The notes beneath the pieces were generated by a model. That model saw only the letters and a list, made by a program, of their open reading frames with translations, was not told the origin of the DNA and made no database searches. A stretch of 64,000 nucleotides of DNA from an uncultured delta proteobacterium (GTDB lineage: Bacteria; Desulfobacterota; BSN033; UBA1163), in the NCBI GenBank assembly GCA_963708295.1, contig CAVPSJ010000011.1, positions 32,001-96,000 on the forward strand. The letters are read 5' to 3'. Positions 18,650-29,063 of the stretch are shown piece after piece (position 1 is the first letter of the stretch; each line of letters opens with the position of its first letter). The position numbers and the translations under genes were made by a program.

Positions 18650-19690
18650 ATGATACAAAATTTTGTAGTATCTTTCATCATCGTTCTTCTTTTGCTCGCG
18701 GAGGTCATCCTGCCGATCATTTTGATATTAGCTCTCGGGTTCTTGACATGGCGTCTGATTCGAAAGAAATGGATAGATCGAACTTTTGCAAACCTTATCT
18801 ATACGAAAAACCCTCTGGTGAAGGAGTTTTATAACAAAGTCGTCCCCTCCGTTGAAGAAAAGGGAAACAAACTTGTAAAACCAATCGCGTACGTCGCATT
18901 CATTCTATGTATTGCTCTTATTTTAAGGACCCTGTGGCTACACGTATTCCATGATAACGATACGTCTAACCAACTCCTCATGGATAGACTTCCATTACTG
19001 TTCCTGTATGTCGGACTAATTTTTCTGGGCTTTGGGATTTCGGGCTCGGTCATTTCTTCCTTTTTTTTCATAAAGGAGGCGAAGAAAATCAATATATACA
19101 GCAGGAGCCTCGAAATTTATCTTCTGAGCAAATATCTTGAAAACATCCTCTGTATTACCCTCGGAATCGCCTTAATCATAGGGGTTGCCTATTTGTGGTT
19201 TTTTCTCCTCGAGAAGTTGTTACCGATCTTCCGTTACTTCGAGAGCGAATCCTCGTCTTTTGTGGAGCTAAAGGTCAACTACGAAGAGATGCTGGAAGTA
19301 TTGAAGAGTTTACTCATCAGCTTTAGAAACCAATTTCAAACCTGGTGCATCACCTCCTTCCTGATTTCTCTGGCAAGCTTTGCCGTACCCTACCTGTGGT
19401 TCAAGGGGAGACGATTTGCCATCGTATTCCTAACGCTCTTTTTGTCCGGAACAACCTTTTCCTACGGAGTCTCATTTTTGATCGAGAGGTTTCTTACTTC
19501 GGAGCTAACGTGGATATTCATTGCAGTGTGGACCTTTTCTGCACTCATTACCTATATGGTTTCCCACCTCGTCCATACGGTCTCATTAAACAAGATATGC
19601 ATCTGTAAACACTGTCGGATGGAAAATGGCATCCAGTCAAGATACTGCTGTGGTTGCGGAAAGAAACTTATTCCGCTCCCGATGGGATAA
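18650..19690 (+). CDS. Polytopic membrane protein with C-terminal zinc ribbon
   Basis: About seven hydrophobic segments; C-terminal CKHCRMEN...YCCGCGKKL. Confidence 0.75.
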   Translation: MIQNFVVSFIIVLLLLAEVILPIILILALGFLTWRLIRKKWIDRTFANLIYTKNPLVKEFYNKVVPSVEEKGNKLVKPIAYVAFILCIALILRTLWLHVFHDNDTSNQLLMDRLPLLFLYVGLIFLGFGISGSVISSFFFIKEAKKINIYSRSLEIYLLSKYLENILCITLGIALIIGVAYLWFFLLEKLLPIFRYFESESSSFVELKVNYEEMLEVLKSLLISFRNQFQTWCITSFLISLASFAVPYLWFKGRRFAIVFLTLFLSGTTFSYGVSFLIERFLTSELTWIFIAVWTFSALITYMVSHLVHTVSLNKICICKHCRMENGIQSRYCCGCGKKLIPLPMG

Positions 19691-20035
19691 CGAAAAAGTT
19701 ACCCGTTGGCTTTAAAAGGTCTATCGGACTGGGTTTGCCTTTTGGCCCGAGCGATCCTCCCGAACCCGCCAATGATTCAAGATCGAGGGCTCAGCCTGCT
19801 TGCCGGTAGGCAGGGGTTGATACCCAAAGGGGTACCCCCTCTGTTTCAAAGGATCGATTTAGGTTCTGTCGCTTTATAAAAAAAACCGAAAAATATGGGG
19901 GTTCCGTTCGAAAGGGGTATCGGCGTAGACGGGATAAGATGAATTCCTCTTTTTTGGAGGGTGAGGAAGCACGGATTCAACGTGGCTCCCCAAACCCGTC
20001 CCCCATGAACAACTTTGATACAGGATGGTTCTCTT

Positions 20036-20272
20036 TTATCCGGGCTTCTTCTCTCCGGAAGCCGAAGACTCCTCTTTGCTCATCCCCAATTTTGATTTGA
20101 TCTCGCTGATAAAATAAATAAGAGCACCGGCGCCGATCAACAGGAGAAGGATGGGAACAACCGCCATCAGCCCTTTGATGAACATGCTCCACCAGGCAAT
20201 CAGTAAGGTCAGGCCAGCAAGGATGACCACAACTGCAATGATGATCCCCAAAATATTCGACACGATCAGCAC
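20036..20272 (-). CDS. Small two-TM membrane protein
   Basis: Two hydrophobic helices and a charged tail; upstream TTGACT-N17-GATAAT promoter-like sequence. Confidence 0.7.
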   Translation of the reverse strand: MLIVSNILGIIIAVVVILAGLTLLIAWWSMFIKGLMAVVPILLLLIGAGALIYFISEIKSKLGMSKEESSASGEKKPG

Positions 20273-20590
20273 CCCCTTTCAAGAGTCCCCATAGATTTGG
20301 AAATTATCAAAGGGCGAAAAAGAAGTCAAGAGCATTTTTTCCCTCACCCTGTTGCTCTTCCCCAAGAGGACAGGCAGGTAACGGCACACAAAATGCTTAC
20401 CTCAATGAAAACGCTCCTTGATTCTTACTGTTAGGAGGGGTTGAATTAAGAATTAGATTGTTATGCCCTTGATTCACTAAGAATGATTCATTATGGACAG
20501 CGGAAACGTATTAAGGTAATATAAACTGAGCCTTTTCTTCAGTGTCAGGAAAGGGTACCATCTATCACAAACTTGGGAGGCGATTTTGAC

Positions 20591-21523
20591 ATGGCTGTGC
20601 GTCTGAAAGGGAAATCATTAGATAGCCTTTCTCATTTGAACAAAGAGGAGATTGAACAGATCTTGAAGACATCGGAATTACTAAAACTTCAACTCCTGCG
20701 TGGAGAGGAGCACCCTTTGCTGAAGGGGAAGACTCTGGGCATGATCTTCGAGAAGCCCTCCACCCGCACAAGGGTCTCGTTTGAAGTGGGAATGTGGCAA
20801 CTCGGAGGATATGCACTTTATCTGAGCGCCAGTGACCTGCAGCTGGGACGTGGAGAGACTGTTGCAGATACCGCCCGGGTTCTCTCCCGTTATGTGGATG
20901 GAATCATGGCAAGAGTCTTTGCCCATCAGAGTATCCTTGATCTTGCGAAATACGCGAGGGTGCCGGTGATCAATGGGCTTTCAGACCTTACCCACCCTTG
21001 CCAGGGTCTGGCCGATCTTTTCACGATCTACGAGAAGAAGGGAAGGCTTTCGGGTTTGAGGCTCGCCTACGTCGGGGACGGGAATAACGTAACCCACTCG
21101 CTTCTGTACGGTTGTTCAAAGGTGGGAATGGATATCTCGGTCGCCTGCCCTAAAGGGTATGAGCCCAATCCAGAAGTGATTTTGAAGGCGAAAGAAGAAG
21201 GGAAGAAGAGTGGTTGTGAAGTGAGGGTGACGAAAGATCCGAAAGAAGCAGTGAAGGGCGCCGATATCGTCTATACGGATGTTTGGGCGAGTATGGGCAA
21301 GGAAAAGGAACATGAGGAAAGGGTCCGAGTTTTTAAGCCCTATCAAGTGAATGGGAAATTGGTAAGGGAAGCCCGCGAGGATTATATTTTCATGCATTGT
21401 TTGCCGGCCCATCGGGGAGAGGAAGTGACTGACGAAGTAGCGGATTCGGAAAATAGCGTTATCTTTGACCAGGCAGAAAACAGACTCCACACCCAAAAAG
21501 CCCTTATGGCACTCCTCATGTAA
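20591..21523 (+). CDS. argF: Ornithine carbamoyltransferase
   Basis: [28 protein letters not shown]. Confidence 0.96.
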   Translation: MAVRLKGKSLDSLSHLNKEEIEQILKTSELLKLQLLRGEEHPLLKGKTLGMIFEKPSTRTRVSFEVGMWQLGGYALYLSASDLQLGRGETVADTARVLSRYVDGIMARVFAHQSILDLAKYARVPVINGLSDLTHPCQGLADLFTIYEKKGRLSGLRLAYVGDGNNVTHSLLYGCSKVGMDISVACPKGYEPNPEVILKAKEEGKKSGCEVRVTKDPKEAVKGADIVYTDVWASMGKEKEHEERVRVFKPYQVNGKLVREAREDYIFMHCLPAHRGEEVTDEVADSENSVIFDQAENRLHTQKALMALLM

Positions 21524-21666
21524 ATGGTAAATGAAAGTTGATAGTTCGAAGTTTGGAGTTTGGAGTCAGAAAACAAGATAAAAATGAATGAAACTCAGCA
21601 TTCATCATCTTCGGACCTGTATCGATAGATGATTTACGGGCACGGGCTCTTTATAAGGAGGTCAAG

Positions 21667-22596
21667 ATGGGTAATCTTAAAGGGAAAGACATCCTTCATG
21701 GAAATCAGTTTTCAAAAAGGGATATTGACGGGGTGATTAAGGTTGCATCCGATTTTGAGAAGCAGCTTAAGAAAAAGAATTCTTTAACTCTATTGAAGGG
21801 GAAGATTCTGGCTACTCTTTTCTTTGAACCGAGCACTCGGACCCGACTCTCTTTTGAGACAGCGATGCAGCGGTTGGGCGGGGGGGTGATCAGCATGGCT
21901 TCAGCAGAGGGTTCCTCGGCAGCAAAAGGGGAGACCGTTGGGGATACCGCGAGAACGGTCTCCCAATACGCAGATGTCATTGTGATCCGCCATCCCCGTA
22001 TCGGGTCAGCCAAAGAAGCAGCCGACGCGGCTTCGGTTCCGGTCATCAACGCTGGAGACGGGGCAGGGCAGCACCCCACGCAAGCCCTTCTCGACACTTA
22101 TACGATTCGCAAAGAATTGGGATCGCTTAAGAATTTAGCGGTCGCCATGGTCGGCGACCTGAAAAACGGAAGGACGGTCCATGCACTGGTTGAACTTTTG
22201 TCCCTCTATCAGGCACGGCTCCATTTTGTCTCGCCCGGGAACCTCAGAATGCCGGAAGAGATCACCTCCAATCTCAAACAAAAGGGCATCTGGATTGAAG
22301 AGACAGAAGACCTTGAAAAGGCAGCCTCTGAAAGCGCTCTGATTTATATGACAAGAATCCAAAAGGAGAGATTCACCGACCTGACAGAGTATGAAAGAGT
22401 CAAGAGCAGCTACGTGATTGATTCAGGGTTTCTCAAAAGGCTCAAGAAGAAGATCACGATTCTTCATCCGCTTCCAAGAGTGGATGAGATCGGCTTGGAC
22501 GTGGACTCCTATCCCGGGGCCGCTTATTTCAGGCAGGTGAGAAATGGCATTTTTGTCAGAATGGCTCTGCTCGCCATGGTCATGGGGAAAAAATAG
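21667..22596 (+). CDS. pyrB: Aspartate carbamoyltransferase catalytic subunit
   Basis: FFEPSTRTR, KGETVGDT, NAGDG..QHPTQ, RIQKERF, HPLPRVDEI. Confidence 0.95.
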   Translation: MGNLKGKDILHGNQFSKRDIDGVIKVASDFEKQLKKKNSLTLLKGKILATLFFEPSTRTRLSFETAMQRLGGGVISMASAEGSSAAKGETVGDTARTVSQYADVIVIRHPRIGSAKEAADAASVPVINAGDGAGQHPTQALLDTYTIRKELGSLKNLAVAMVGDLKNGRTVHALVELLSLYQARLHFVSPGNLRMPEEITSNLKQKGIWIEETEDLEKAASESALIYMTRIQKERFTDLTEYERVKSSYVIDSGFLKRLKKKITILHPLPRVDEIGLDVDSYPGAAYFRQVRNGIFVRMALLAMVMGKK

Positions 22597-22837
22597 ATTT
22601 TCAAATATCAATGATCGGAGCTGCCTTGATTGTGCTGACGAGGCATTAGAGGTAAGAGGAGAGATTCTTAGCTTTTCTTGCGGCTGGAAAGATCCTACGG
22701 ACATGGGACGAAGGCGCTACGTTATTCTTGAGTTAAGTCCTTGAATTGAGAAAGAGTTTTTGACCTGATGTTTCAAACAGAAAACGAACCTTAATTCTTC
22801 TTGACTTTCATGAAGAAATTTAATAAAAGGGTGAGTC

Positions 22838-23524
22838 ATGATTCTGCGACTCGAAGAGATTGAGCGGATAGTTTGGGAAGAGGAGAAGCTCTTCCTGATG
22901 AAGCAGGTTGGGATCCTTCTGATTAAGAACAATGCCATCAAATTCGGGGATTATATCTTGGCCTCTGGGAAGAAAAGCCCTTACTACATCGATCTCAGGC
23001 AAACGATCTCGAGTCCGATTACCATGGACTGGATTGCCAATTCATTGACCCGAATCATCCTGAATGAGATTGGGAAGGATAAAATCGACAAGATTTTAGG
23101 CGTGCCCACGGCAGGAGTGCCTTTTGCGACGGTGGTAAGTCAGAAATCAGGCATCCCCCTCATTTATTACCGGCAAGCCAGGAAAGAACATGGGGTCAGG
23201 AAGAAGATCGAAGGTATTCTGGAGCGGAACGACCGGGTCCTCGTTATCGACGATCTCATTACCACGGGGGAGAGTGTCATTGAGACCGCGGAGGTCGTGA
23301 GGGATCAAGGGGGGGTGGTCAACGAACTGGTGGTCCTTTTGGATCGAGAGCAAGGAGGGCAGCAGAAGCTTCGTTCATCCCGGATTGAACCTCACATCCT
23401 GTTTAAGATCTCAGATGCGATGGCGTGGCTTAACAGAGTAGGTCTCATCGAAGATAGGATCTACGAAGCCTTGAAAAAATACATCGAAGAGGAAAGCCAG
23501 CCCCCTCACGGTAGTACCGCGTGA
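22838..23524 (+). CDS. pyrE: Orotate phosphoribosyltransferase
   Basis: FGDYILASGKKSPYYIDLR, RKEHG, PRPP motif VLVIDDLITTGES, LLDREQGG. Confidence 0.9.
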   Translation: MILRLEEIERIVWEEEKLFLMKQVGILLIKNNAIKFGDYILASGKKSPYYIDLRQTISSPITMDWIANSLTRIILNEIGKDKIDKILGVPTAGVPFATVVSQKSGIPLIYYRQARKEHGVRKKIEGILERNDRVLVIDDLITTGESVIETAEVVRDQGGVVNELVVLLDREQGGQQKLRSSRIEPHILFKISDAMAWLNRVGLIEDRIYEALKKYIEEESQPPHGSTA

Positions 23525-23620
23525 ACCCCTAAACGACTTGCAGCGGTGCCTCCCCATCTGTTAGCATATTTGAGATTTCTCCGAGAAAAAGCCTTCACAT
23601 TTCTTCAATTCCAATTTTTC

Positions 23621-23648
23621 TTGACAAAAAAAGGTTTTTATTTATATT
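23621..23648 (+). promoter_or_regulatory. Putative sigma70 promoter of the yceD-rpmF-plsX-fab operon
   Basis: TTGACA-N16-TATATT. Confidence 0.5.
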
Positions 23649-23684
23649 TATTGGTCTGATCTAAGGTGGAAGAGCAGGAACGAA

Positions 23685-24221
23685 ATGTTTACTCTGAATC
23701 TGGACGAAATTCCCGAAGAGGGCCTGGAGCTGGAGTGGAAGGAAGAAAGAGCCTCGTTGTTAGTCTATTTAAAGGATCTTTCAAGAATCGACTTTGATTT
23801 TGAGACCCCCCTCCAGTCAGAGGCCAAGATTAAGAAGGCAGCTGGACTCGTTTTCATCTCGGGGAAGGTTCAAACTATTCTTCGATTGCAGTGCGTACGG
23901 TGTTTAAGGGAATTCTCCTACCCCCTTTCCACTGCGTTTGAACTGACCCTTCACCCCTCAAAAGAGGCTCCTTCTGAGGAAGAGACGGAGTTGGGGAGCG
24001 AAGAGATGGAGCGAAACTTCTTCGAAGGAGGAGAGATTCATCTCTCCGAAATCGCATGCGAACAGGTTTTTTTGGAAATTCCATACCAACCTCTTTGTCA
24101 AGAGGGATGTAAAGGGCTCTGCACCGTCTGCGGAAAAGATCTCAACCTCTCCGCCTGTGATTGTGTCAAAGAGGAATTAGCATCGGGCTTTTCTGCCCTG
24201 AAGAAATTAAGGCTTGATTAA
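23685..24221 (+). CDS. yceD: DUF177/YceD family protein
   Basis: CVRCL...PLCQEGCKGLCTVCGKDLN..CDC; directly upstream of rpmF. Confidence 0.92.
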   Translation: MFTLNLDEIPEEGLELEWKEERASLLVYLKDLSRIDFDFETPLQSEAKIKKAAGLVFISGKVQTILRLQCVRCLREFSYPLSTAFELTLHPSKEAPSEEETELGSEEMERNFFEGGEIHLSEIACEQVFLEIPYQPLCQEGCKGLCTVCGKDLNLSACDCVKEELASGFSALKKLRLD

Positions 24222-24322
24222 TGCTGTGAGAATCTGTTATGTGAAAAAGATAAGACAATTCGCTCGGGTTCTTAACTCAACCTCTGAGAGTCCTTTTAAA
24301 GGATGAGAAAGGATGCTTTCGA

Positions 24323-24508
24323 ATGGGAGTTCCAAAACGGAGAACGTCGTCATCAAGAAGGGATCAACGCCGAGCCCATAAGAAATTAGACGCCCCTAAT
24401 TTCTCTTTGTGTCCTCAATGCCATGAACCGCTTCTTCCTCACCACATTTGTCCTCATTGTGGAACTTACAAAGGGAAAGAGGTCATCAAGGTGGAAGAAG
24501 AGAAATAA
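24323..24508 (+). CDS. rpmF: 50S ribosomal protein L32
   Basis: [30 protein letters not shown]. Confidence 0.97.
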   Translation: MGVPKRRTSSSRRDQRRAHKKLDAPNFSLCPQCHEPLLPHHICPHCGTYKGKEVIKVEEEK

Positions 24509-24665
24509 GGCTTGTATGAGGGGCCGGGCATTGGCCCAATTCTTTCTCTAAAATTTCAAGGACTCGACTTGATGAGAAGCTTTGGCCATGTCATCCCCGC
24601 CGCCGATATCGGGGCTTTCTAATGAGGTAAATCGGTGAAAACGGTGCCGGGGAAAGCGACGTAAG

Positions 24666-25721
24666 ATGAAGATCGCAGTCGATGCTATGGGAGGGGATTT
24701 TGCCCCTCACAAAATTGTCGAGGGAGCCTTCTGGGCCGCAAAACAACACGGAGTCAAGGTGGTTTTGGTCGGGGACGAGGATCAAGTCAGCAAGGAACTG
24801 TCCAAATACCCTACCTCAAAACTTCCTATCTTTATCCACCATGCTCCGTTCGTGGTCGCCATGCATGACTCTCCTTCTGCGGTGATCCGAAGAATGAAAG
24901 ATACCTCCATTAAGGTCGCCTTTGATTTGGCAAAAGAAGGTCAGGTAAGCGGTGTGGTTTCCGCCGGGAATTCGGGAGCGGCCATGGGTTTGGCGATGTA
25001 CATCCTGAAAAAGCTGGAAGGCGTAGAACGACCCGCAATCGCTACGATCCATCCCGCCACGAAAGGGTCCACGGTCCTCATCGACTCGGGTGGCAATGTG
25101 GATTGCAAACCGGCTCACCTGCTCCAGTTTGCAATGATGGGGGATGCTTATGCAAAGTATATTCTGGGGAAGGAAACTCCTCGAATCGGTGTCCTGAGCA
25201 ACGGAGAAGAAGAAGGGAAGGGGAATGACCTGACACGGGAGGTTCATGATATTTTGTCAGAGACCGATTTAAACTACATCGGCTACGTAGAGGGCCGGGA
25301 CCTCAACAGCGGAGAGGTGGATGTGATCGTCTGCGATGGTTTCGTGGGCAATGTGGCGCTAAAAATAAGCGAAGGTCTCTGGGAGACCATCCACGCCATT
25401 CTCAAGTGGGAGGCCCGGGATAACATCAGGGCGAAGGTGGCGTATTTCCTCATGGGACGGGCAATTCGGCGGCTTGAAAAGAGGATTGACTATTCGGAGG
25501 TTGGAGGAGCCCCTCTTTTGGGGATTAACGGCAACTGCGTCATCTGCCACGGTTCGTCGAACGGGAAGGCCATCATGAATGCCATTCTATTGGCCTCGAA
25601 CCTGGCCAAGAATAAGCTCAATGACCATCTCATCGAAGAGTTAAAAGAGAAACAAGCCATGCTTCGGCTGGGACAGAAACACGCGGAGAAGACGAACGGA
25701 GCGGTGGAATCAATTCGTTGA
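24666..25721 (+). CDS. plsX: Phosphate acyltransferase PlsX
   Basis: IAVDAMGGDFAP, SAGNSGA, NGEEEGKGN, DGFVGNVALK, GGAPLLG, CHGSS. Confidence 0.97.
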   Translation: MKIAVDAMGGDFAPHKIVEGAFWAAKQHGVKVVLVGDEDQVSKELSKYPTSKLPIFIHHAPFVVAMHDSPSAVIRRMKDTSIKVAFDLAKEGQVSGVVSAGNSGAAMGLAMYILKKLEGVERPAIATIHPATKGSTVLIDSGGNVDCKPAHLLQFAMMGDAYAKYILGKETPRIGVLSNGEEEGKGNDLTREVHDILSETDLNYIGYVEGRDLNSGEVDVIVCDGFVGNVALKISEGLWETIHAILKWEARDNIRAKVAYFLMGRAIRRLEKRIDYSEVGGAPLLGINGNCVICHGSSNGKAIMNAILLASNLAKNKLNDHLIEELKEKQAMLRLGQKHAEKTNGAVESIR

Positions 25722-25752
25722 TTCCTGAAAAATGAACAGGGAGGAAAGTGGA

Positions 25753-26925
25753 TTGGATTATTTTCTCACAGCAGAACAGAAGATGATTCAAAGCTTGGCG
25801 AGGAAAGTCGCGGAAGAGAAAATGCGGCCGGTCCGGGCGGAATTAGATGAGAAGGAAGAGTTTCCGTGGGACATTGTTAAAGTCAGCGCGGAAGCGGGTC
25901 TCATGGGTGTCTCCATGCCCGAGGAGTACGAGGGGTTCGGAGGAGGGATTTTAGAATATTGCCTCGTCGCGGAAGAATTGAGCCGCGTCTGTCTCGGGAT
26001 TGCCACCAGTGTGGTTGCAAGCGGCCTGGGCGCAATGCCCATCCTGCTTTTTGGAAGCCCTGACCAAAAGAAGAAGTATCTTCCTCCGATTGCCAAAGGG
26101 AGAAAACTTGCCGCCTTTGGGCTGACAGAGGCGGATGCCGGGAGTGATGCGGGTGCCATACGAACAACGGCCACGCGAAAGGGAGAAGGGTACGTTTTAA
26201 ACGGAACCAAGCAGTGGATCACCAACGGCGGGGAGGCGGAGATCTACTCCGTCATCGCCATGACCGATCGCTCAAAGGGTCCCAGAGGAGCGAGCGCCTT
26301 CATTGTGGAGAAGGGAGCTCCGGGCTTCGAATTCGGGAAGAAAGAGAAAAAGATGGGAATCCGGTCCTCAGCGACGCGGGAACTGGTCTTCCAGGATTGC
26401 TTTGTCCCGAAGGAAAACTTGATTGGAAAGGAAGGGATGGGATTTATCGTTACCATGAGGACCTTTGATCGGACCCGACCCGGGGTGGGAGCCCAGGGGG
26501 TAGGAGTGGCCCAGGGGGCCCTCGATGAGGCCGTCCAGTACGCACGAGAACGAGAGCAGTTTGAAAAGAAAATCATCTCCTTCCAGGCGGTTCAGCACAT
26601 CTTGGCCGATATGGCTACTCTCGTTGAGGCTGCCAGGGCATTGGTCTATTCGGTCGCCCGCTATGTTGACCAGTCAGAAAACCCTAAGGAAATTTCGAAG
26701 GTCTCGGGAATGGCAAAGGTCTTTGCAAGTGATGTCGCCATGAAGGTGACCACGGATGCAGTCCAGATCTTCGGAGGGTATGGATACATGAGAGATTATC
26801 CCGTCGAGAAGATGATGCGGGATGCGAAAATTCTCCAGATCTATGAAGGAACGAATCAGATCCAGCGAAATGTCATCGGTTTGGAATTGAACAAGGAATA
26901 TGCGGGGAAGAAAGGGACCCGATGA
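25753..26925 (+). CDS. Acyl-CoA dehydrogenase (short-chain/butyryl-CoA-like)
   Basis: FGLTEADAGSD, LNGTKQWITNG, KMGIRSS, FGGYGY..DYPVE, IYEGTNQIQR; probable TTG start after a GGAGG RBS. Confidence 0.93.
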   Translation: MDYFLTAEQKMIQSLARKVAEEKMRPVRAELDEKEEFPWDIVKVSAEAGLMGVSMPEEYEGFGGGILEYCLVAEELSRVCLGIATSVVASGLGAMPILLFGSPDQKKKYLPPIAKGRKLAAFGLTEADAGSDAGAIRTTATRKGEGYVLNGTKQWITNGGEAEIYSVIAMTDRSKGPRGASAFIVEKGAPGFEFGKKEKKMGIRSSATRELVFQDCFVPKENLIGKEGMGFIVTMRTFDRTRPGVGAQGVGVAQGALDEAVQYAREREQFEKKIISFQAVQHILADMATLVEAARALVYSVARYVDQSENPKEISKVSGMAKVFASDVAMKVTTDAVQIFGGYGYMRDYPVEKMMRDAKILQIYEGTNQIQRNVIGLELNKEYAGKKGTR

Positions 26926-27843
26926 AGCCAACCGCCTTTATTTTTCCGGGACAAGGCTCCCAGTATGTCGGAATGGGAAAAGAACTCTTCGAGAATTTTA
27001 GTTTGGCGAAGCAGATCTTTCAGGAGGCGGACGATACGCTTCATTTTTCTATCTCTGCACTCTGTTTCAAAGGACCGGAAGACGCATTGAAGCTGACCGA
27101 GAATACCCAGCCTGCCATCCTGACGACGAGCATCGGAGCGCTTAGAGTGCTCGAGGCGGAAAGAGGGATGCTCCCTCAATTCGCTGCAGGACATAGCCTG
27201 GGAGAATACAGTGCTTTGGTCGCCTCCGGAGCGCTCACTTTTTCCGAAGCAGTAAAGACCGTTCGTCTTCGGGGGAAGTTTATGCAAGAGGCTGTTCCCG
27301 TGGGAGACGGAGCCATGGCAGCTGTCCTGGGCATGGAGAGGGAGCAGATCGAGGAACTCTGTGAAGCGTGTTCGTCCGGCGAGGTTCTTGCCCCTGCCAA
27401 TTTCAACTGTCCGGGCCAAATCGTCATCGCCGGGCATTCGAAAGCGGTTGAGCGGGCGATGGAGAGGATAAAACAGGCAGGGAAGAAGGCGATCCTCCTC
27501 CCCGTCAGCGCTCCGTTCCATTCCCCCCTCATGAAACCTGCGGGGGAGCGCTTGGAGAAGGCGCTGGAGCAGATTTCGGTCAGCGATCTGAAGGATCCCG
27601 GTGGTGACCAATGTGGAAGCAGAGGTCAATATCTCAAAGGGCAGGGTAAAAGAATTGCTGGTGGCCCAGGTATCGAGTCCTGTCCGTTGGGAGGAGTCGA
27701 TGAGAAAGATGATCGAAAAAGGAGTCGAACAGGTAATGGAGATAGGACCCGGGAAAGTTCTTTCGGGATTGATGAAACGAATCGACAACCGCATAGAAAC
27801 CAGGAATTTGGAAGACCTTCAAACGTTGAAGAAAATCCCGTAA
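26922..27843 (+). CDS. fabD: Malonyl-CoA-ACP transacylase, with a +1 frameshift near 27593
   Basis: FPGQGSQ, GHSLGEY, VSAPFHS in one frame; the C-terminus (VVTNVEA..QVSSPVRWEES..EIGPGKVLSGL) continues in the next frame. Confidence 0.92.
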
Positions 27844-27892
27844 AGCTTAATTTTCCCTCCCCTCGATGGGAGAGGACATCAGGGAGGATGCA

Positions 27893-28633
27893 TTGAAACT
27901 GAAGGGGAAAGTGGCTTTGGTCACCGGGGGAGCCCAGGGAATTGGAAAATCAGTTGCCCTGCTTCTAGCTCGAAACGGCGCCGATATCGTTGTGTCGGAT
28001 ATCAATCTCGAAAAAGCTGAAGAAACGGCCAAGGAAATTGGGTCGATCGGCCCCAGGGCCATGGCGTTCAAGGCGAATGTGGCCAATTCAAACGACGTGG
28101 AGCGAATGGTAGGAGCCATCTTAGAAAAATTTGGCAAGATTGACATCTTGGTCAATAATGCAGGGATCACCCGTGACAAGCTGATTCTCAGAATGACAGA
28201 AGAGGATTGGGATCTGGTCTTGAATGTCAACCTGAAAGGGACATTTAACTGCACCAAAGCGGTCGTCAGACACATGGCGAAGCAGAGAAGCGGGAAGATC
28301 GTCAGCATCGCCTCCGTGGTCGGAGAGATGGGGAATGCAGGGCAGGTGAACTATTCCGCATCCAAGGCCGGAGTGATCGGTTTGACCAAGACCATTGCAA
28401 GAGAGTTTGCTCAAAGAGGGATCAATGTGAATGCCATCGCTCCTGGATACATCGAAACTCCGATGACCGAAGTCCTTCCCGAGAAAGTGAAGGAAGAACT
28501 GAAACGGCTCATTCCCATGGAGCGACTGGGGAAACCCGAGGATGTGGCCGAGGCGGTTCTCTTCCTCGTTTCCGAGGAGTCCAATTATATCACAGGCCAT
28601 GTATTAAAAGTAAACGGCGGCATTTATATGTAA
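27893..28633 (+). CDS. fabG: 3-oxoacyl-ACP reductase
   Basis: TGGAQGIG, NNAGITRD, YSASK, PGYIET; TTG start after GGAGG. Confidence 0.96.
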   Translation: MKLKGKVALVTGGAQGIGKSVALLLARNGADIVVSDINLEKAEETAKEIGSIGPRAMAFKANVANSNDVERMVGAILEKFGKIDILVNNAGITRDKLILRMTEEDWDLVLNVNLKGTFNCTKAVVRHMAKQRSGKIVSIASVVGEMGNAGQVNYSASKAGVIGLTKTIAREFAQRGINVNAIAPGYIETPMTEVLPEKVKEELKRLIPMERLGKPEDVAEAVLFLVSEESNYITGHVLKVNGGIYM

Positions 28634-28638
28634 GAGAG

Positions 28639-28764
28639 AAAATTCGAAATTCGAATATCGAAATTCGAAACAACTCCGAAAGTCACAGGAACAAATGACC
28701 CAAGAATTGTTTAGGATTTTGAAATTTGAATTTGTTTCGGATTTCGAATTTCGTGCTTAGAATT
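28639..28764. repeat. Palindromic heptamer-repeat element
   Basis: aaattcgaaattcgaatatcgaaattcgaaacaa ... ttgtttcggatttcgaatttcgtgcttagaatt; the arms are reverse-complementary. Confidence 0.75.
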
Positions 28765-28787
28765 CAATCCATTGAGGAGGTGATTCC

Positions 28788-29024
28788 ATGTCTATCGAAA
28801 AGAGGGTCAAAGAGATTATTGTGGAGCAATTAGGCGTGAACGAGAACGAAGTGAATCCAGGGGCAAAATTCGTCGACGACCTGGGAGCAGATTCTCTCGA
28901 TTTGGTGGAGCTGGTCATGGCTCTGGAGGAGGAGTACAATATAGAAATCTCCGATGAAGAGGCAGAAAAGATCCTGACGGTCGGGGACGCCATTGAGTAT
29001 ATCCAAACCCATGTCACTCAATAG
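28788..29024 (+). CDS. acpP: Acyl carrier protein
   Basis: [12 protein letters not shown]; AGGAGGTGA RBS. Confidence 0.97.
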   Translation: MSIEKRVKEIIVEQLGVNENEVNPGAKFVDDLGADSLDLVELVMALEEEYNIEISDEEAEKILTVGDAIEYIQTHVTQ

Positions 29025-29063
29025 GGTTTTTTGTCCGGTCCCGCCTGAAGGAGGTGCAGCATC

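Noticed and set aside
19700-19980. Possible structured RNA between convergent genes
   Set aside because: Only short REP-like hairpins (cctgcttgccggtaggcagg); no recognisable family or promoter.
26856-27794. 312-aa minus-strand ORF, and similar long antisense ORFs within dnaE, ribBA and guaB
   Set aside because: They lie opposite well-conserved genes and show no recognisable motifs.
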